A stretch of 37,367 nucleotides of DNA from Alphaproteobacteria bacterium (lineage in GTDB: Bacteria; Pseudomonadota; Alphaproteobacteria; Rs-D84), in contig JAGCOU010000025.1 of the NCBI GenBank assembly GCA_017642565.1, forward strand, positions 1 to 37,367. The letters run 5' to 3'. This document shows, piece after piece, positions 35,715 through 37,367 of this stretch (its first letter is position 1; the number at the start of each line of letters is the position of its first letter). The position numbers and the translations under genes were made by a program. The notes under the pieces were generated by a model that was not told the DNA's origin, did not search any database, and saw only the letters and a program-made list of their open reading frames with translations.

Positions 35715-36160
35715 CGTTTTGCCCAATTGTCTATCGCTGTTATTGGCAGGTATAAAATACTCAACCACAAGAACAACCATATATTATTTATAAAATTCAT
35801 CCAAGTAAATTTAGAAAATATTAAAAGGAATATACCAATACCTACAAAAGTCATAAAAATTTTTAGTGCGTTATTATCAGCATTTTGCATATCTATATAG
35901 TTTTGAAATCCATTTATTGTATAAAACAAACAAAATAAAATGGTCCAAAGTAATGGTAAATCACATCGATAATCTATTAAAAAACAAAACAAAAGCCCAA
36001 AAAAAGTAAATCCGTGAATATGTCTTACGAATGTATAATAGAAAATAGGTATTAATGCCAATATCCCAGCAGGATTCCAAAAATATACTGACATGCGCCA
36101 CAAAAACAACGTCATTAAAAATGGCAGGGCTTGTTTTAAAATAGGTACAATTTGATACAT
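35711..36160 (-). CDS. mreD: Rod shape-determining protein MreD (by position and topology)
   Basis: 149-aa polytopic membrane protein between mreC and mrdA. It shows TAATG overlap with mreC and ATGA overlap with mrdA. Confidence 0.65.
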   Translation of the reverse strand: MYQIVPILKQALPFLMTLFLWRMSVYFWNPAGILALIPIFYYTFVRHIHGFTFFGLLFCFLIDYRCDLPLLWTILFCLFYTINGFQNYIDMQNADNNALKIFMTFVGIGIFLLIFSKFTWMNFINNIWLFLWLSILYLPITAIDNWAKR

Positions 36161-36981
36161 TATTTATATAAATCCTGGTCGTTAAATTGTAATACCATCA
36201 CGCGTGAAATATCCACAGGGCGCAAAACATCTACTGTTTTCTCGTCCAACATATCACCTATGTAAATTCCTGCTGGCAAAATACCACTAATATTGCTCGT
36301 TATAATCTTTAAACCTTTTCTGCCTACAAACAAAGTATCATTAAAAAATCCAATAGATGCAGCAGATTTACCGTTTCCTTGTAAAAATCCAGATATATCA
36401 GAACCTGTGATTCTTACTGCAATATTAGTTTTATTATCTGTCAAAGCACGAACACGACAAAATTGCGAGCCACAATCAGACACAACCCCAACCAGACGAT
36501 TATCCAAAGATACAACAACCATGCCTTTGGTAATACCTGCCCTTTTGCCACGATTTATCAAAAAAGTATTATGATGAAAAGCAGAATCATCAAATTGAAT
36601 ATCTGCTAACACTGTTTTGAACGGGGATGCTTTCTTTATTTCAATTTCTTGTTCAAGTTTTTTATTTTCTTCTATGGCGACATCACATTCGTTCTTGTTC
36701 GCCAATGCTTCATCAAGACGAACGCGTAATTTTTGATTTTCTGCCCGTAAATTTGATGTTTCCCTTATCCAATTAGCACCCTGACCAATGACACGCACAG
36801 GCCAAGTGACAACATCCCCAGCCACATGTGCCACAGGTAACACAATATGAGCCAGACCATTCATAATGGCATAATCAGGCTTTGCCACCATTATATATAT
36901 GATAAAAACAGGTAAAGCCGCCGCCGCCAGAGACGATTTTATGATTTTTGACAATTTATAAGATGATTTATCGCCTATCAT
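36160..36981 (-). CDS. mreC: Rod shape-determining protein MreC
   Basis: TM segment, coiled coil (LRAENQKLRVRLDEALANKNE...KKLEQEIE) and beta-rich C-terminal domains (GITKGMVVVS..RLVGVV). Start trimmed to ATG 36981. The track start is 37083. Confidence 0.8.
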   Translation of the reverse strand: MIGDKSSYKLSKIIKSSLAAAALPVFIIYIMVAKPDYAIMNGLAHIVLPVAHVAGDVVTWPVRVIGQGANWIRETSNLRAENQKLRVRLDEALANKNECDVAIEENKKLEQEIEIKKASPFKTVLADIQFDDSAFHHNTFLINRGKRAGITKGMVVVSLDNRLVGVVSDCGSQFCRVRALTDNKTNIAVRITGSDISGFLQGNGKSAASIGFFNDTLFVGRKGLKIITSNISGILPAGIYIGDMLDEKTVDVLRPVDISRVMVLQFNDQDLYK

Positions 36982-37108
36982 GCAGAACACTTTAAACACA
37001 AAAAAATCAATATTCAATAAAAACTTGATTTTTCTTTTTATTGTGGCAAAATAGACACAACCGAAATGGCAAGGCATTGCCACGAGGGTACAAATAAAAG
37101 GATAGAAA

Positions 37109-37312
37109 ATGCCAAAAATGAAAACTAAATCGTACTTGAAAAAACGTGCGTCTATGACTGCAAGCGGAAAAATTCGCGTTGCCAGAAACTCTCACCACAA
37201 ATGTCTGTTGCATAAATCAAAACGCGCTAACAAAGCGGGTGCTAAGCCACAGTATTTGAACGATAACATGATGGGTCAGGCTAAAATCTTGGCTCCATAC
37301 GGATTGAAATAA
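37109..37312 (+). CDS. rpmI: Ribosomal protein L35
   Basis: MPKMKTKSYLKKR... is the typical L35 N-terminus. SD AAAGGA is present. rplT follows. Confidence 0.9.
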   Translation: MPKMKTKSYLKKRASMTASGKIRVARNSHHKCLLHKSKRANKAGAKPQYLNDNMMGQAKILAPYGLK

Positions 37313-37323
37313 GGGGGCGTATC

Positions 37324-37367
37324 ATGGCAAGAGTAAAACGCGGAACAACCGTTAAACAGAAACATAA
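37324..37367 (+). CDS. rplT: Ribosomal protein L20 (5' fragment, runs off the window)
   Basis: MARVKRGTTVKQKH is the conserved L20 N-terminus. SD AAGGGGG lies upstream. Confidence 0.85.
   Translation, partial: MARVKRGTTVKQKH

Noticed and set aside
35714-37083. N-terminal extensions of the track ORFs for mrdA (35780) and mreC (37083), and similarly 165..1088, 19223, 20295 and 9514
   Set aside because: Downstream starts give canonical N-termini, SD sequences or start/stop coupling overlaps. The extensions encode atypical peptides or overlap upstream genes.

Overview
AT-rich window from a Gram-negative genome, probably a host-associated or reduced one (inference; an alphaproteobacterial affinity is only a guess). 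Almost all genes are on the minus strand. Core blocks are lipid A genes (DUF374-like acyltransferase, lpxK, lpxC), an initiator tRNA-Met, L36, ychF, a tightly packed mreC-mreD-mrdA-rodA-topA-dnaG string, and rpmI-rplT. Three accessory blocks are interleaved with these. (1) 165-5719 holds a type IVb-pilus-like assembly module (PilO/PilP-like proteins, GspE-family ATPase, GspF-family platform). It has no pilin, prepilin peptidase or secretin in view. It ends in a GC-rich gene for a Sec-dependent, 10-cysteine, Trp-rich protein with its own promoter. (2) 9.0-23.0 kb starts directly 3' of the tRNA with scrambled copies of the tRNA 3' half. It continues with an S41 peptidase and an orphan phage tail-fibre-like gene behind two tandem terminators. 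It ends in an extremely AT-rich 11.6-kb glycan locus: gmd/rmd, Stealth phosphotransferase, glycosyltransferases (GTs), acetyltransferase, UDP-GlcA-epimerase-like gene, and a DUF1796/TupA ATP-grasp fusion. No exporter or polymerase is visible. (3) 23.1-26.5 kb holds an isolated virB3-virB4 pair followed by an HExxH secreted protein. Its promoter has the same architecture and -35 block as the promoter of the Cys-rich protein gene. The window contains no integrase, transposase, CRISPR array or reverse transcriptase. The best novelty candidate is the pilin-less type IVb module plus Cys-rich secreted protein, possibly co-regulated with the orphan virB3/virB4. All family calls rest on motifs read by eye; no searches were run.
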